From NCBI GenBank assembly GCA_963708655.1, contig CAVPTY010000002.1:1-46657 (forward strand): a stretch of DNA of 46,657 nt, read 5' to 3'. Source of the DNA: an uncultured beta proteobacterium. GTDB lineage: Bacteria > Pseudomonadota > Gammaproteobacteria > Burkholderiales > Burkholderiaceae_C. The notes below the pieces were generated by a model. The model worked only from the letters and a program-made list of their open reading frames with translations. It did no database searches and was not told the origin of the DNA. The translations under genes and the position numbers were made by a program. The first letter of the stretch is position 1. Each line of letters opens with the position of its first letter. Below are positions 10,417 to 20,613 of this stretch, one piece after another.

Positions 10417-11814
10417 ATGCCACCGTCCCGCTGCCTCGCGCTGTTGCTGCTCCTTCTGGTCACCCTGTCGGTTCGCGCACAGGGGCTGCCGCCGGAAGTC
10501 GAGGCGGCGCTGGCCCGGGGCGGCTTGCCCGCCGATGCCGTCACGGTGCTCGTCGCGGACGCCGACGGCGCCCGCCCGCCGCGCGTGAACCACCGCATCG
10601 ATGTCGCCGTGAACCCGGCCTCGATCGCCAAGCTCGCCACCACGGTGGCCGCCCTGGAACTGCTCGGGCCCGCCTTCACCTGGCGCACCGGCGTCTATCT
10701 CGACGGACCGGTGCGCGACGGCACGCTTCACGGGGACCTCTACATCAAGGGTGGCGGCGACCCGAAACTGGTGGCCGAGCGCCTCTGGCTGCTGTTGCGC
10801 CGGGTGCACGGGCTGGGCGTCCGCTTCATTTCGGGCGACATCGTGCTCGACCGCAGTGCTTTCGAGGCCACCGCCGGCGACCCGGCCGCTTTCGACGGCG
10901 AGCCGCTGCGGCCTTACAACGCCGCGCCCGATGCCTTGCTGGTGAATTTCCGATCGCTGGTGCTGACCTTCACGCCGCAGGCAGGGCAGGCGCGCATCCA
11001 GGTCGAGCCGCCGCTGGCCGGCGTGCACCTGCCGGCCGCGGTGCCACTGTCGCGCGCCCCATGCGGCGATTGGCGCGGCGGCCTCAAGCCGGACTTCAGC
11101 GACCCGTCGCGGATCCGGTTCGCCGGCAGCTATCCGGCCGCCTGCGGCGACCGCTCCTGGCCCCTGGCGTATGCCGACCCGGCGGGGTTCGCCGCTCGGG
11201 CCATCGCGGGAACGTGGCACGAGGTCGGCGGCCGGCTCGGCGGGCGGGTGCGCGACGGCAGCGTGCCTGCCGGCCTGGCGCCCGCTGTCGAATGGCAGTC
11301 GGCGGCGCTGGCCGAGATCGTGCGCGACGTCAACAAGTACAGCAACAACGTGATGGCGCAACAGGTGTTCCTCACGCTGAGCCTGCAGCAGCAGGGCACC
11401 GGCACGCTCGAGGGATCGCGCGAGGTCCTGCGCCGGTGGTGGCTCGACCGGGTCGGGGGCACCGGCGTGCCGACCTTCGGCAACGGTTCGGGGCTGTCGC
11501 GCGACGAACGCATCAGCGCCCGGCAACTCGGCGCGTTGCTGCAACTGGCATGGCGTTCACCGCTGATGCCCGAACTGCTGTCGTCGCTGCCGCTGGCGGG
11601 CGTCGACGGCACGATGCGCCGCAGCCGAGGCGACGCGGTCGGCCTCGCCCACCTCAAGACCGGCAGTCTGCGCGACGTGGCCGGTGTCGCGGGCTACGTG
11701 CATGGCGCGAGCGGACGCCGCTACGTGCTGGTCGCCATCGCGAATCACCCGCAGGCCGCCGCGATCCGGCCAGCCATCGAGGCACTGGTCGAATGGACGG
11801 CGCGCGACCGATGA
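10417..11814 (+). CDS. dacB: D-alanyl-D-alanine carboxypeptidase/endopeptidase (PBP4, peptidase S13)
   Basis: Signal peptide; SIAK (SxxK), SNN and KTG motifs; GGGDP and GSGLSR. Confidence 0.93.
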   Translation: MPPSRCLALLLLLLVTLSVRAQGLPPEVEAALARGGLPADAVTVLVADADGARPPRVNHRIDVAVNPASIAKLATTVAALELLGPAFTWRTGVYLDGPVRDGTLHGDLYIKGGGDPKLVAERLWLLLRRVHGLGVRFISGDIVLDRSAFEATAGDPAAFDGEPLRPYNAAPDALLVNFRSLVLTFTPQAGQARIQVEPPLAGVHLPAAVPLSRAPCGDWRGGLKPDFSDPSRIRFAGSYPAACGDRSWPLAYADPAGFAARAIAGTWHEVGGRLGGRVRDGSVPAGLAPAVEWQSAALAEIVRDVNKYSNNVMAQQVFLTLSLQQQGTGTLEGSREVLRRWWLDRVGGTGVPTFGNGSGLSRDERISARQLGALLQLAWRSPLMPELLSSLPLAGVDGTMRRSRGDAVGLAHLKTGSLRDVAGVAGYVHGASGRRYVLVAIANHPQAAAIRPAIEALVEWTARDR

Positions 11815-11882
11815 CGGGATGGACGGACCTGGTCGGCGGCCTCGCCGCCGTGCTGACCACGGTCAGCTTCGTGCCGCAGGCG
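11811..11882 (+). pseudogene. Truncated SemiSWEET/PQ-loop transporter remnant (TM1 plus PQ motif only)
   Basis: MTGWTDLVGGLAAVLTTVSFVPQA, coupled to the dacB stop by ATGA. Downstream the frame turns hydrophilic (to a stop at 12068), and I saw no TM2/TM3 in other frames. Confidence 0.65.
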
Positions 11883-12092
11883 TCGGCGCGGCCCGCAGCC
11901 CAGGCTGGCCGCCTGGGCCAGGGGCGCAACACCCGCCTGCGCCTTGGGGCGCCCCGGCCCGCAGGGCGAGCCAGGCCTGATCCGTGGTGCGCCAACGGCC
12001 TCGAAAGAGGCTCGCGCGGGTGCGAGGAATTTGTTCACAGGCTCTCACGCCTCGCAACGAGGTGGTGACCGCTTCTTTGCGGCTTCCCTGTT

Positions 12093-13046
12093 TCACCAGC
12101 GCTGGCGAATGCGGGTGTAGGCGTAGTCGCCGAAGGCCCGGTGTGCCGCGGGGGTCGGATAGATGCGGTCGGCGAAGACGAACAGGTTGTAGTCGGCGTT
12201 CGCCACCAGCGTCGCCGTCGTGCAGCGGGCCGAGTTCACCTGCCCGGGCCCGATGCCGATGCCCGGCCCGGGATCCACCGAAGTGCAGACCGGATCGGCG
12301 GAGTTCGTCAGGCCGTAGGCGCGGGGCTCCGCCTCCATGATGTTGAACACCAGCGGCGCATCGACGTACAGCACGTTGCGGCCCAGGTCGACCATGGCCA
12401 CCAGCAGCTGGTCGTTGAAGCGGGAGCTGGCATCGGACAGCAGTTGTTCCTGCCCCGTCGCGCGGGCCCAGGGCGAGCGCGCGAGGTCGTAGGTGCCGAC
12501 CACGACGACGTGGGGAGCGCCGGCGTCCACCAGCCGGCGGACCTGGGCGGCCAGGTCGCGGCCGACCTGCTTGAGCTCCTCCAGCATCTGCTCGCGCGTC
12601 TGCGTACCCGCCGTCAGCTTGGCCATCTCGGCGACCACGTCGGCCGTCCCGGCATTGACGACCAGCAGGTCGTTCCGGTCGAAGGGGCCGCGCGCGAGGA
12701 AGGCGTCGATCTGCTCGGCCACCGTGGGCGTCGCGCTGTTGCCGGCGGCATCCGGCTTGCGGCTGACGCGCGCGTTGCCCGTCGCGAACGCCGTGCCGCC
12801 AGCGGCGGCCGGCTTCAGTTCGATGCCGAAGCTCAACGCGACGTGCTGGGTCCAGATGTCGATGCCGCCGTCGTTGACCGTGTAGCTCGAACCGGTCTGC
12901 CCCACGTCGGCCAGGCCGTCGCCGAAGGTGACGATGCGCGATGGGTGCAACTTGGATTCGATGGTCCCCGAGCCGCAGGCCGCCAGCGCCAGGGCCGCGG
13001 CGCTGGCCGCGGCGAGCAGGGCACGGCGCATCCATACACAAGACAT
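12093..13046 (-). CDS. SGNH/GDSL-fold lipoprotein with degenerate catalytic residues
   Basis: Lipobox LAAC; blocks FGDGLADVG, FATGNA, NAGTAD and FADRIYPT. Confidence 0.85.
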   Translation of the reverse strand: MSCVWMRRALLAAASAAALALAACGSGTIESKLHPSRIVTFGDGLADVGQTGSSYTVNDGGIDIWTQHVALSFGIELKPAAAGGTAFATGNARVSRKPDAAGNSATPTVAEQIDAFLARGPFDRNDLLVVNAGTADVVAEMAKLTAGTQTREQMLEELKQVGRDLAAQVRRLVDAGAPHVVVVGTYDLARSPWARATGQEQLLSDASSRFNDQLLVAMVDLGRNVLYVDAPLVFNIMEAEPRAYGLTNSADPVCTSVDPGPGIGIGPGQVNSARCTTATLVANADYNLFVFADRIYPTPAAHRAFGDYAYTRIRQRW

Positions 13047-13121
13047 GAGCGATTCTCCAAAAGGCTGGGACGCCAGTGTAACGAGGCGGTGGCGCGCCCG
13101 GCGCGGCCCGCTCGGGGCTTC

Positions 13122-14123
13122 CTAGCGCACCGATGCCCGCTGCAGCCGGTCGCGCACGCCGTCCCATTGCGGGCCGGCCGGCGGCGCTTCCACCCAGATC
13201 AACTGCACCCCGGCATCGTCGAACTCGCGCAAGGCCGCGAACAGTTCGCGCGCCGCCTGGGCCGGGTCGTCGGGCATGCGCCGCAGCACCACCTGGCGCG
13301 GATCGCCGTGCAGCGGGGAGCGGGCATAGACCGCGATGCCTCTGGCCTCAGGTCCGAGGACATCGAGCGCAGTGCGCAGCGAACGCGCGTCCATCAGCCG
13401 CACGGTCGCCCGCGGCGCGTAGTGGGACTCCAGCGTGCCGGAGGCGCGCGGCGCGGCTTGCCGTTCTGCCGCTTCCTGCGGCAGCAGCAGGCGCTGGCCG
13501 CACGCGGCGCTCACGGCATCCACGGTCAGGACGCCCGGACGCAGCAGCACCGGCGCACCGCGGGTGCAGTCGACGATGGTCGACTCGATGCCGACGTCGC
13601 ACGGGCCACCATCGAGCACCAGCAGGCCGTCGCCAAATTCCGAGCGCACGTGTTGCGCCGTCGTGGGGCTCACCCGCCCGAACTTGTTGGCACTGGGTGC
13701 CGCCAGCCCGGCCATCGGCGGCGTGGCGTGCGCGCAGGCCAGCAGCAACGCATGCGCCACCGGATGGGCCGGGCAGCGCAGCCCGATCGACGACTGTCCG
13801 CCCGCCGCGGCGGCAGCGCGCCCGGCACGGCGCGGCAGGATCAGCGTCAGCGGACCCGGCCAGAAGGCGGCGATCAGCCGGCTCGCGAACTGCGGGATCT
13901 CGGCGGCGAAATGCGGCGCCGCAGCGGCATCGGCCACGTGCACGATCAGCGGATGATCGCTGGGCCGCCCCTTGGCGGCGAAGATCTTCGCGACGGCGGC
14001 TTCGTTGTCGGCATCGGCCGCCAGGCCATACACCGTCTCCGTGGGGACGCCCACCAGTTGGCCGGCGGCGAGGGTCCGCACCGCCTGCGCGATGCCGGCA
14101 GGAGCGCGGCCGTCGACGATCAA
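13122..14123 (-). CDS. tsaC: L-threonylcarbamoyladenylate synthase (Sua5 type, YrdC plus SUA5 domain)
   Basis: [30 protein letters not shown] and SHYAP motifs; TTG start preceded by AAGGAG. Confidence 0.92.
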   Translation of the reverse strand: MIVDGRAPAGIAQAVRTLAAGQLVGVPTETVYGLAADADNEAAVAKIFAAKGRPSDHPLIVHVADAAAAPHFAAEIPQFASRLIAAFWPGPLTLILPRRAGRAAAAAGGQSSIGLRCPAHPVAHALLLACAHATPPMAGLAAPSANKFGRVSPTTAQHVRSEFGDGLLVLDGGPCDVGIESTIVDCTRGAPVLLRPGVLTVDAVSAACGQRLLLPQEAAERQAAPRASGTLESHYAPRATVRLMDARSLRTALDVLGPEARGIAVYARSPLHGDPRQVVLRRMPDDPAQAARELFAALREFDDAGVQLIWVEAPPAGPQWDGVRDRLQRASVR

Positions 14124-14134
14124 GTGCTGCTCCT

Positions 14135-15291
14135 TCAGAACGGCTCGATGCCCAGCACGCGAGCCGCCTGCAAGGCGCTGGCGCGCACGCCGTCGGCGGT
14201 GGCGCCGGTCACGGTGAGGTGCCCCATCTTGCGGCCGGGACGCGGGCCGAGCTTGCCGTACAGGTGCAGGTGCGCCCCGGGCAGCGCCAGCACCTGCTGC
14301 CCAGCGCGGCGGCGCTTCGGCGCCGCCGGTGAACCACAGGTCACCCAGCAGGTTGAGCATGATGGCCGGGCTGTGCAGGCGCGGCTGCACCAGCGGCAGC
14401 CCGGCCAGCGTGCGCACCTGCAGCTCGAACTGCGAGACGTCGCATGCGTCCATGCTGTAGTGGCCGCTGTTGTGCGGGCGCGGCGCCATCTCGTTGACCA
14501 CCAGCGAGCCGTCCTGCAGCAGGAAGAACTCGACGCAGAGCACGCCCGGTGTAGCGCAGGCCGTCGGCGATGGCGCGGGTGGCCTCGATGGCACGCGCGG
14601 CCGTCGCTTCAGGCAAGGCGCCGGTCCCGGCCTCGGTCACGGCGAGGATGCCGCCCCGGTGCAGGTTCCACTGGGCCGGCAGGTGCACCATGGCGCCTTC
14701 GTGGCTGCGCGCCACGATGACCGAGCACTCGGCCGCCAGCGGCAGCAGCTTCTCGAGGACGCAAGGCACGTTCTTCAGCTCGTCCCATGCCCGGGCGAGT
14801 TCCTCGCGCGTCGCCACCCGCAGCTGGCCCTTGCCGTCGTAGCCCAGGCGCGAGGTCTTCAGGATCCCCGGCAACAGGTGCTCCGGCACGCGCTCGAGGT
14901 CGGACCCGCTCTCGAGCACCGAGTGCGGTGCGCACGGCACCCCGCAGCGGATGAAATGCGCCTTCTCCTGCGCGCGGTCCTGCGCGATGGCGACGGCATC
15001 GGGACCGGGTGCGACCGGACGGTGGGCGCCCAGCGTCGCCAGCGCCGGCGCCGGCACGTTCTCGAATTCGGTCGTGATCGCCGCGCTGCGCTGCATCAGT
15101 TGCGCCAGTCCGTCCTGGTCCAGATAACCGGTCTTGACGTGGTAGTGGCTCACCAGCCCGGCCGGGCTGGCCGGATCCGGGTCGAGCACCGCCGTGAAAT
15201 AGCCCAGCCGCTGGGCGGCGTGCACGAACATGCGGCCCAGCTGCCCGCCGCCCATGACGCCCAGCGTGGCACCCGGCAGGATGACCGTCAC
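14135..15291 (-). CDS. purK: N5-CAIR synthase PurK, with two apparent frameshifts (~14545, ~14300), probably sequence errors
   Basis: [14 protein letters not shown] and GYDGKGQ in one frame; [12 protein letters not shown] in a second; HLYGK...RKMGH in a third. Each shift coincides with one extra G in a G run. Confidence 0.9.
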
Positions 15292-15819
15292 GCGGGCGCT
15301 CCGGCCGGCGGCAGCGTCATGTCCCGGGCCGCCTGCGTCTGCCGCGCACGATAGGTTTCGAGCCGCGCCCGCAGTGCCGGCTGCTCGCTGGCCAGCATCG
15401 CCACCGCGAACAGCGCCGCGTTGGCGGCGCCGGCCGCGCCGATGGCGAAGGTCGCCACCGGAATGCCCCTGGGCATCTGCACGATCGCTGTGCAGCGAAT
15501 CGACGCCCTGCAGGTGCCGGCTCGGCGACCGGCACGCCGAGCACCGGCACCGTCGTCTTCGCGGCCAGCATGCCGGGCAGGTGCGCCGCGCCGCCGGCAC
15601 CGGCGATGATCGCCTTCAGGCCGCGTGCCGCAGCCTCCTGCGCGTACGCGAACATCTCGTCGGGCATGCGATGCGCCGAGACGACACGGGCTTCATGGGG
15701 AATGCCGAACTCGGCGAGAATCTCGATGGCGTGCGCATGGTGTCCCAGTCGCTGCTGGAACCCATCACCACGCCGACCTGGACGGCGACCGACCCTTCCG
15801 GCGGCCGTGCCGCGCTCAT
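15288..15819 (-). CDS. purE: N5-CAIR mutase PurE, with about three apparent frameshifts
   Basis: [31 protein letters not shown] and [14 protein letters not shown] spread across frames. Confidence 0.9.
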
Positions 15820-15891
15820 GCCGTCTCCCGCCGCAGGGCGTCGGCGCAGTGGCTGCCGGCGAGGCAGACCGCGAAGGTGGCGCAATGGTCC

Positions 15892-15919
15892 ATAAAATTC
15901 CCAAAGACCGCAATTTTAT
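15892..15919. promoter_or_regulatory. AT-rich inverted repeat ATAAAATT-N12-AATTTTAT (TAAAAT -10-like on both strands) between purE and cnoX
   Basis: Direct reading of the sequence in the divergent intergenic region. Confidence 0.5.
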
Positions 15920-15943
15920 TGGTTTGCTCTCCAGGAACCCCCG

Positions 15944-16834
15944 ATGATCGACGTCACGCTGCAGAACTTCGAAGCCGAGGTGATCACCGCCTCCAAGTCC
16001 ATCCCGGTGCTGGTGGACTTCTGGGCCACCTGGTGCGGCCCTTGCAAGGTGATCGGGCCGCTGCTGGAAAAACTGGAAACGCAGTACGGCGGCCGCTTCA
16101 AGCTGGTCAAGATCGACTCCGACCAGGAGCAGCAGCTCGCGGCGGCGTTCGGCATCCGCAGCATCCCCACCTGCATCCTGCTGATGAACGGCCAGCCGGT
16201 GGACGGTTTCATGGGCGCGCTGCCCGAAGGCAAGATCAAGGAATTCCTGGACAAGCACCTGCCGCCGGCGCCGCAAGCCGAGGAGCAGTCCGTCGAGGAG
16301 GAGCTTCCCGGCGACGCGGTCTCGCAGCTGGAGAAACTGCAGCACGCGGTCGCGACCGATCCGGCCAACGACGATGCGCGCTTCGAGTACGTCAAGACCC
16401 TGCTGCTGGCGGGGCGCAGCGACGACGCCAAGGTCGCCTTCGCGCCGGTGATCGGCAAGGTGCCGGCCGTGCGCCGGTTCGAATCGCTGCAGCGCTGGAT
16501 GGACGCCCTCGACTTCGCGCACGGCGTCAACGCACCGGCGGCCATGGCGGAACTGGACGCGAAGATCGCCGCCAACCGCCGCGACTTCGATGCGCGCTAC
16601 GGCAAGGCGCGGCTGTTGATGGCGCAGCAGCAGTGGACCCAGGCGATGGACGAACTGCTGGAGATCCTGATGCGCGACAAGTCGTGGAACGAGGACCTCG
16701 CGCGCAAGACCTTCATCGCGATCCTGGACATCATCGAGCCGCCGAAGCCGAAGGTGGCGGAAGGCCAGATCCCGCCCGACGATCCGACGGTGGCGACCTA
16801 CCGCCGCCGTTTGTCGAGCGTGGTGCTGAGTTGA
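15944..16834 (+). CDS. cnoX: Thioredoxin-TPR chaperedoxin (YbbN/CnoX family)
   Basis: [10 protein letters not shown] thioredoxin domain, then helical TPR region ending [11 protein letters not shown]. Confidence 0.88.
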   Translation: MIDVTLQNFEAEVITASKSIPVLVDFWATWCGPCKVIGPLLEKLETQYGGRFKLVKIDSDQEQQLAAAFGIRSIPTCILLMNGQPVDGFMGALPEGKIKEFLDKHLPPAPQAEEQSVEEELPGDAVSQLEKLQHAVATDPANDDARFEYVKTLLLAGRSDDAKVAFAPVIGKVPAVRRFESLQRWMDALDFAHGVNAPAAMAELDAKIAANRRDFDARYGKARLLMAQQQWTQAMDELLEILMRDKSWNEDLARKTFIAILDIIEPPKPKVAEGQIPPDDPTVATYRRRLSSVVLS

Positions 16835-16854
16835 AGACAGACATCCGTCCGCTT

Positions 16855-17763
16855 TCAGGCCAGCAGCCGATCCAGCGCCTCGCGGTACTTCGCCGCCGTC
16901 TTCTCGATCACGTCCTGCGGCAGCCGCGGCGCCGGCGGCGTCTTGTCCCAGGGCTTGCCGTTGATGCGCACCTGCTCCAGCCAGTCGCGCACGAACTGCT
17001 TGTCGAAGCTCGGCGGATTGGCGCCGGCGCGGAACGCCTCGTCGTAGCCCTCGACCGGCCAGTAGCGCGACGAATCCGGCGTCAGCACCTCGTCCATCAG
17101 CACCATGGCGCCCTGCTCGTCCAGCCCGAACTCGAACTTGGTGTCGGCGATGATCAGGCCCTTGGTCCTGGCGAAGGCCGCCGCTTCCCGGTACAGCGCG
17201 ATGCTGGTGTCGCGGATCTGCGCCGCCAGCTGCGGACCCACGATGCGCACCACTTCGTCGAAGCCGATGTTCTCGTCGTGCTGCCCCATTTCCGCCTTGT
17301 GCGCCGGGGTGAAGATCGGCTCGGGCAGCGGGCTCGCGTTCTTCAGGCCCGGCGGCAGCTTCACGCCGCACACCGATTGCGACTCCTGGTACTCCTTCCA
17401 GCCGCTGCCGGCGAGGTAGCCGCGCACCACGGCCTCGACCGGGATCGGCTTCAGGCGCCGCACCAGCATCGAGCGGCCGGTCACCTGCGGCGCTTCGGCC
17501 GCCGTCACCACGCTTTCCGGCGGCTCGCCGGTCAGGTGGTTGGGGCAGACGTGGCCCAGCTTGCCGAACCAGAACAGCGCCATCTTCGTGAGCAGTTCGC
17601 CCTTGCCGGGGATCGGCTCGCCCATGATGACGTCGAACGCCGACAGGCGGTCGCTGGCCACCATCAGGATGCGGTCGGCGCCGACGGCGTAGTTGTCGCG
17701 GACCTTGCCGCGCGCCAGCAGCGGCAGCGAGGTGATGGAGGAGGTGTGAAGGGCGGAGGTCAT
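16855..17763 (-). CDS. purC: SAICAR synthase
   Basis: [31 protein letters not shown] and TPDSSRYW motifs. Confidence 0.96.
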   Translation of the reverse strand: MTSALHTSSITSLPLLARGKVRDNYAVGADRILMVASDRLSAFDVIMGEPIPGKGELLTKMALFWFGKLGHVCPNHLTGEPPESVVTAAEAPQVTGRSMLVRRLKPIPVEAVVRGYLAGSGWKEYQESQSVCGVKLPPGLKNASPLPEPIFTPAHKAEMGQHDENIGFDEVVRIVGPQLAAQIRDTSIALYREAAAFARTKGLIIADTKFEFGLDEQGAMVLMDEVLTPDSSRYWPVEGYDEAFRAGANPPSFDKQFVRDWLEQVRINGKPWDKTPPAPRLPQDVIEKTAAKYREALDRLLA

Positions 17764-17779
17764 GGGCGGCTCACCAATG

Positions 17780-17810
17780 CGAAAGGCCCGTTGCGGCAAC
17801 GGGCCTTTCG
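17780..17810 (-). terminator. Perfect 15-bp inverted repeat after fba (terminator-like or purC leader hairpin)
   Basis: CGAAAGGCCCGTTGC-G-GCAACGGGCCTTTCG; only a short U-tract. Confidence 0.65.
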
Positions 17811-17827
17811 ATTATCGCCGCTGGCTC

Positions 17828-18892
17828 CTAGGCGACGACCTGCGCCAGTTCGCCCTTGGCGTACCTGGCGGCCACCACCTGCAGCGGCTCGCACTTGATC
17901 TTGCCGCCCTGGCCTTCGCAGCCGAACTGGATGTAGCGCTGCTTGCAGATCTGCTTGGCCGCCTCGCGTGCCGGCTTCATCCAGTCGCGCATGTCGAACT
18001 TCTCCGGGTTCTCGGCCATGAACTTGCGCACGGCGCCGGTCATCGCCAGCCGGATGTCGGTGTCGATGTTGATCTTGCGCACGCCGTGCTTGATCGCTTC
18101 CTGGATCTCCTCGACCGGCACGCCGTACGTTTCCTTCATGTTGCCGCCGTACTGGCGGATGATCGCCAGCAGCTCCTGCGGCACGCTGGACGAGCCGTGC
18201 ATCACCAGGTGCGTGTTGGGAATTCGGCGGTGGATTTCCTTGATGCGATCGATCGCCAGGATGTCGCCGGTGGGCTTGCGGGTGAACTTGTACGCGCCGT
18301 GGCTGGTCCCGATCGCGATCGCCAGGGCATCGAGCTGGGTCTTGCGCACGAAGTCGGCGGCCTGCTCGGGGTCCGTCAGCAGCTGCTCGCGCGTCATCGT
18401 CGACTCGGTGCCGTGGCCGTCCTCCTTGTCGCCGCGCATCGTCTCCAGCGAGCCGAGGCAGCCGAGTTCGCCCTCCACGGTGACACCCAGCTTGTGCGCC
18501 GCATCCACCACCTTGCGCGTCACTTCGACGTTGTAGTCGTAGCTGGCGATCGTCTTGCCGTCCGCCTCGAGCGAGCCGTCCATCATCACGGAGGAGAAGC
18601 CCAGGTCCATCGCACCCTGGCAGACCTCGGGGCTCTGTCCGTGATCCTGGTGCATCACCAGCGGGATGTTCGGATAGGCCTCGACCGCGGCCTGGATCAG
18701 GTGCTTGATGAACGATTCGCCCGCGTACTTGCGGGCGCCGGCGCTGGCCTGCAGGATCACCGGCGCGCCGGTTTCCTTGGCAGCTTCCATCACGGCCTGG
18801 ACCTGCTCCAGGTTGTTGACGTTGAAGGCCGGAATGCCATAGCCGTTGGCGGCGGCATGGTCCAGCAGTTCGCGCATGGAAACGATTGGCAT
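17828..18892 (-). CDS. fba: Class II fructose-bisphosphate aldolase
   Basis: [34 protein letters not shown] and KINIDTD motifs. Confidence 0.96.
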   Translation of the reverse strand: MPIVSMRELLDHAAANGYGIPAFNVNNLEQVQAVMEAAKETGAPVILQASAGARKYAGESFIKHLIQAAVEAYPNIPLVMHQDHGQSPEVCQGAMDLGFSSVMMDGSLEADGKTIASYDYNVEVTRKVVDAAHKLGVTVEGELGCLGSLETMRGDKEDGHGTESTMTREQLLTDPEQAADFVRKTQLDALAIAIGTSHGAYKFTRKPTGDILAIDRIKEIHRRIPNTHLVMHGSSSVPQELLAIIRQYGGNMKETYGVPVEEIQEAIKHGVRKINIDTDIRLAMTGAVRKFMAENPEKFDMRDWMKPAREAAKQICKQRYIQFGCEGQGGKIKCEPLQVVAARYAKGELAQVVA

Positions 18893-19009
18893 GACGAGGT
18901 CCTGGGGAGTTGAAAAACCGGCGTGCCTGGTACCGCAAGGCAATTGCCGGAAATTCTACCCATGGCCCTGCCCTGGCGGGGGCGCGACCCTACTGTCGAG
19001 CGGCCGCGC

Positions 19010-20447
19010 TCAGGTGGCGCGCACGATCTTCAGCATGTTGGTGCCGCCGGGCGCGCCCATGGGCTCGCCGCACGTGATCGCGTAGATGTCGCCGCTGGCG
19101 ACGATGCCGCGCTTCTTCAGGTGCGCCTCGGCTTCGCCCAGCGCGGTGTCGCGGTCGGCGCTCTGATCGAGCAGCAGCGGCCGCACGTTGCGGAACAAGG
19201 CCATCCGCCGCTGCGTCGCCAGCTTGGGCGTGAGGGCGTACATGGGGATGTGGATGCGGTGCCGGCTCATCCAGAGCGCGGTGGAGCCGGAATCGGTCAG
19301 CGCGACGATTGCCTTGCACCCCAAATGGTAGGCGGTGAACAGCGCGCCCATGGCGATCGAGTGGTCGATGCGCGCGAACGTCTTGCCGGAGAAATCGGCG
19401 TCGAGCTTGACCTCCTCCGCCTTCTCCGCTTCCAGGCAGATGTTCGCCATCTCGACGATCGTCTCCAGCGGGTAGCGGCCGCTGGCCGTTTCGGCGCTCA
19501 GCATCACGGCGTCGGTGCCGTCGAGCACGGCGTTGGCGACGTCGCTGACCTCCGCCCGCGTGGGCACCGGATTCATGATCATCGACTCCATCATCTGGGT
19601 CGCGGTGATCACCACCCTGTCGCACTCGCGGGCCATCCGGATCATGCGCTTCTGCAGCGCCGGCACGGCGGCGTTGCCGACTTCCACGGCGAGGTCGCCG
19701 CGCGCCACCATGATGCCGTCGCTGGCCTTGAGGATGGCCTCCAGGTTGGGGATCGCTTCCGCGCGCTCGATCTTCGCGATCAGGCCGGGCCGGTGCCGCG
19801 ACTCGGCGCCGGCCACGTTGCACAGCTGGCGCGCCATCTCCATGTCGGTCGCGTTCTTCGGGAAGCTCACGGCGACGTAGTCGGCCCGGAAGCTCATCGC
19901 GGTGCGGATGTCCTCCATGTCCTTGGCGGTGAGCGCGGGGGCGGTGAGGCCGCCGCCCATCTTGTTGATGCCCTTGTTGTTGGACAGCTCGCCGCCTTGC
20001 TTGACGGTCGTGCGGACCTGTTCGCCCTTGACCGCGTCGACGGTGAGGACGATCAGGCCGTCGTTGAGCAGCAGCACGTCGCCGGCCTTCACGTCGCGCG
20101 GCAGTTCCTTGTAGTCCAGGCCGACGCCGTGGTGATCGCCGGGCTCGGCGCGCGAAGCATCCAGCACGAACTTGGTGCCCGATTCCAGGTGGACCTTGCC
20201 TTCGGCGAACTTGCCGACGCGGATCTTCGGGCCCCTGCAGGTCCGCCATGATCGCGACCTCGCGGCCGGCCCGCGTCGCCGCCTCGCGCACGAGCTTGGC
20301 GCGGTTCACGTGGTCTTCGGCGGTGCCATGGCTGAAATTCAGGCGCACGACGTTGACGCCGGCCCGGATCATCTGTTCCAGCAGCGCGGGATCGCTGGAA
20401 GCCGGTCCGAGCGTGGCGACGATCTTGGTGGCGCGACGGACTGCCAT
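19010..20447 (-). CDS. pyk: Pyruvate kinase, one apparent frameshift at ~20233
   Basis: TKIVATLGP and RLNFSHG, then DLQG(G)PKIR with one extra base; AKIE, MVARGDL and [10 protein letters not shown]. Confidence 0.93.
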
Positions 20448-20613
20448 GTTCAGGCCTCCCTGCGGGACGCGCGCGCCCGGCCGGACGAACGGAAAAGTGG
20501 TTGCGAAATCAGGTGCGCGGGCATGGAGCGGGTGGTTGTTGCTGGGTAATGCATTCTGGGGCCGGAACGCAGCGTCGGCTGCGGCAGCCGCACCGGGCCG
20601 CGCTCGACGCCAG

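Noticed and set aside
11990-12050. GAAA-tetraloop hairpin as a c-di-GMP-I riboswitch
   Set aside because: Lacks the flanking GCAAA and GGGACGCAAAGC-type consensus, and no downstream gene in that orientation.
9689-14123. tsaB and tsaC proximity as a t6A gene cluster
   Set aside because: They are in separate transcription units, and tsaD/tsaE are absent from the window.
13122-14594. Apparent PurK-Sua5 fusion ORF of 490 aa
   Set aside because: Artefact of the purK frameshifts; tsaC has its own SD and TTG start at 14123.
15944-16834. CnoX with an intact WCGPC motif
   Set aside because: Redox-active CnoX variants are already known (e.g. Caulobacter).
20225-20240. Programmed frameshift in pyk
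   Set aside because: One extra base in a G/C run with no slippery heptamer; matches the error pattern elsewhere.
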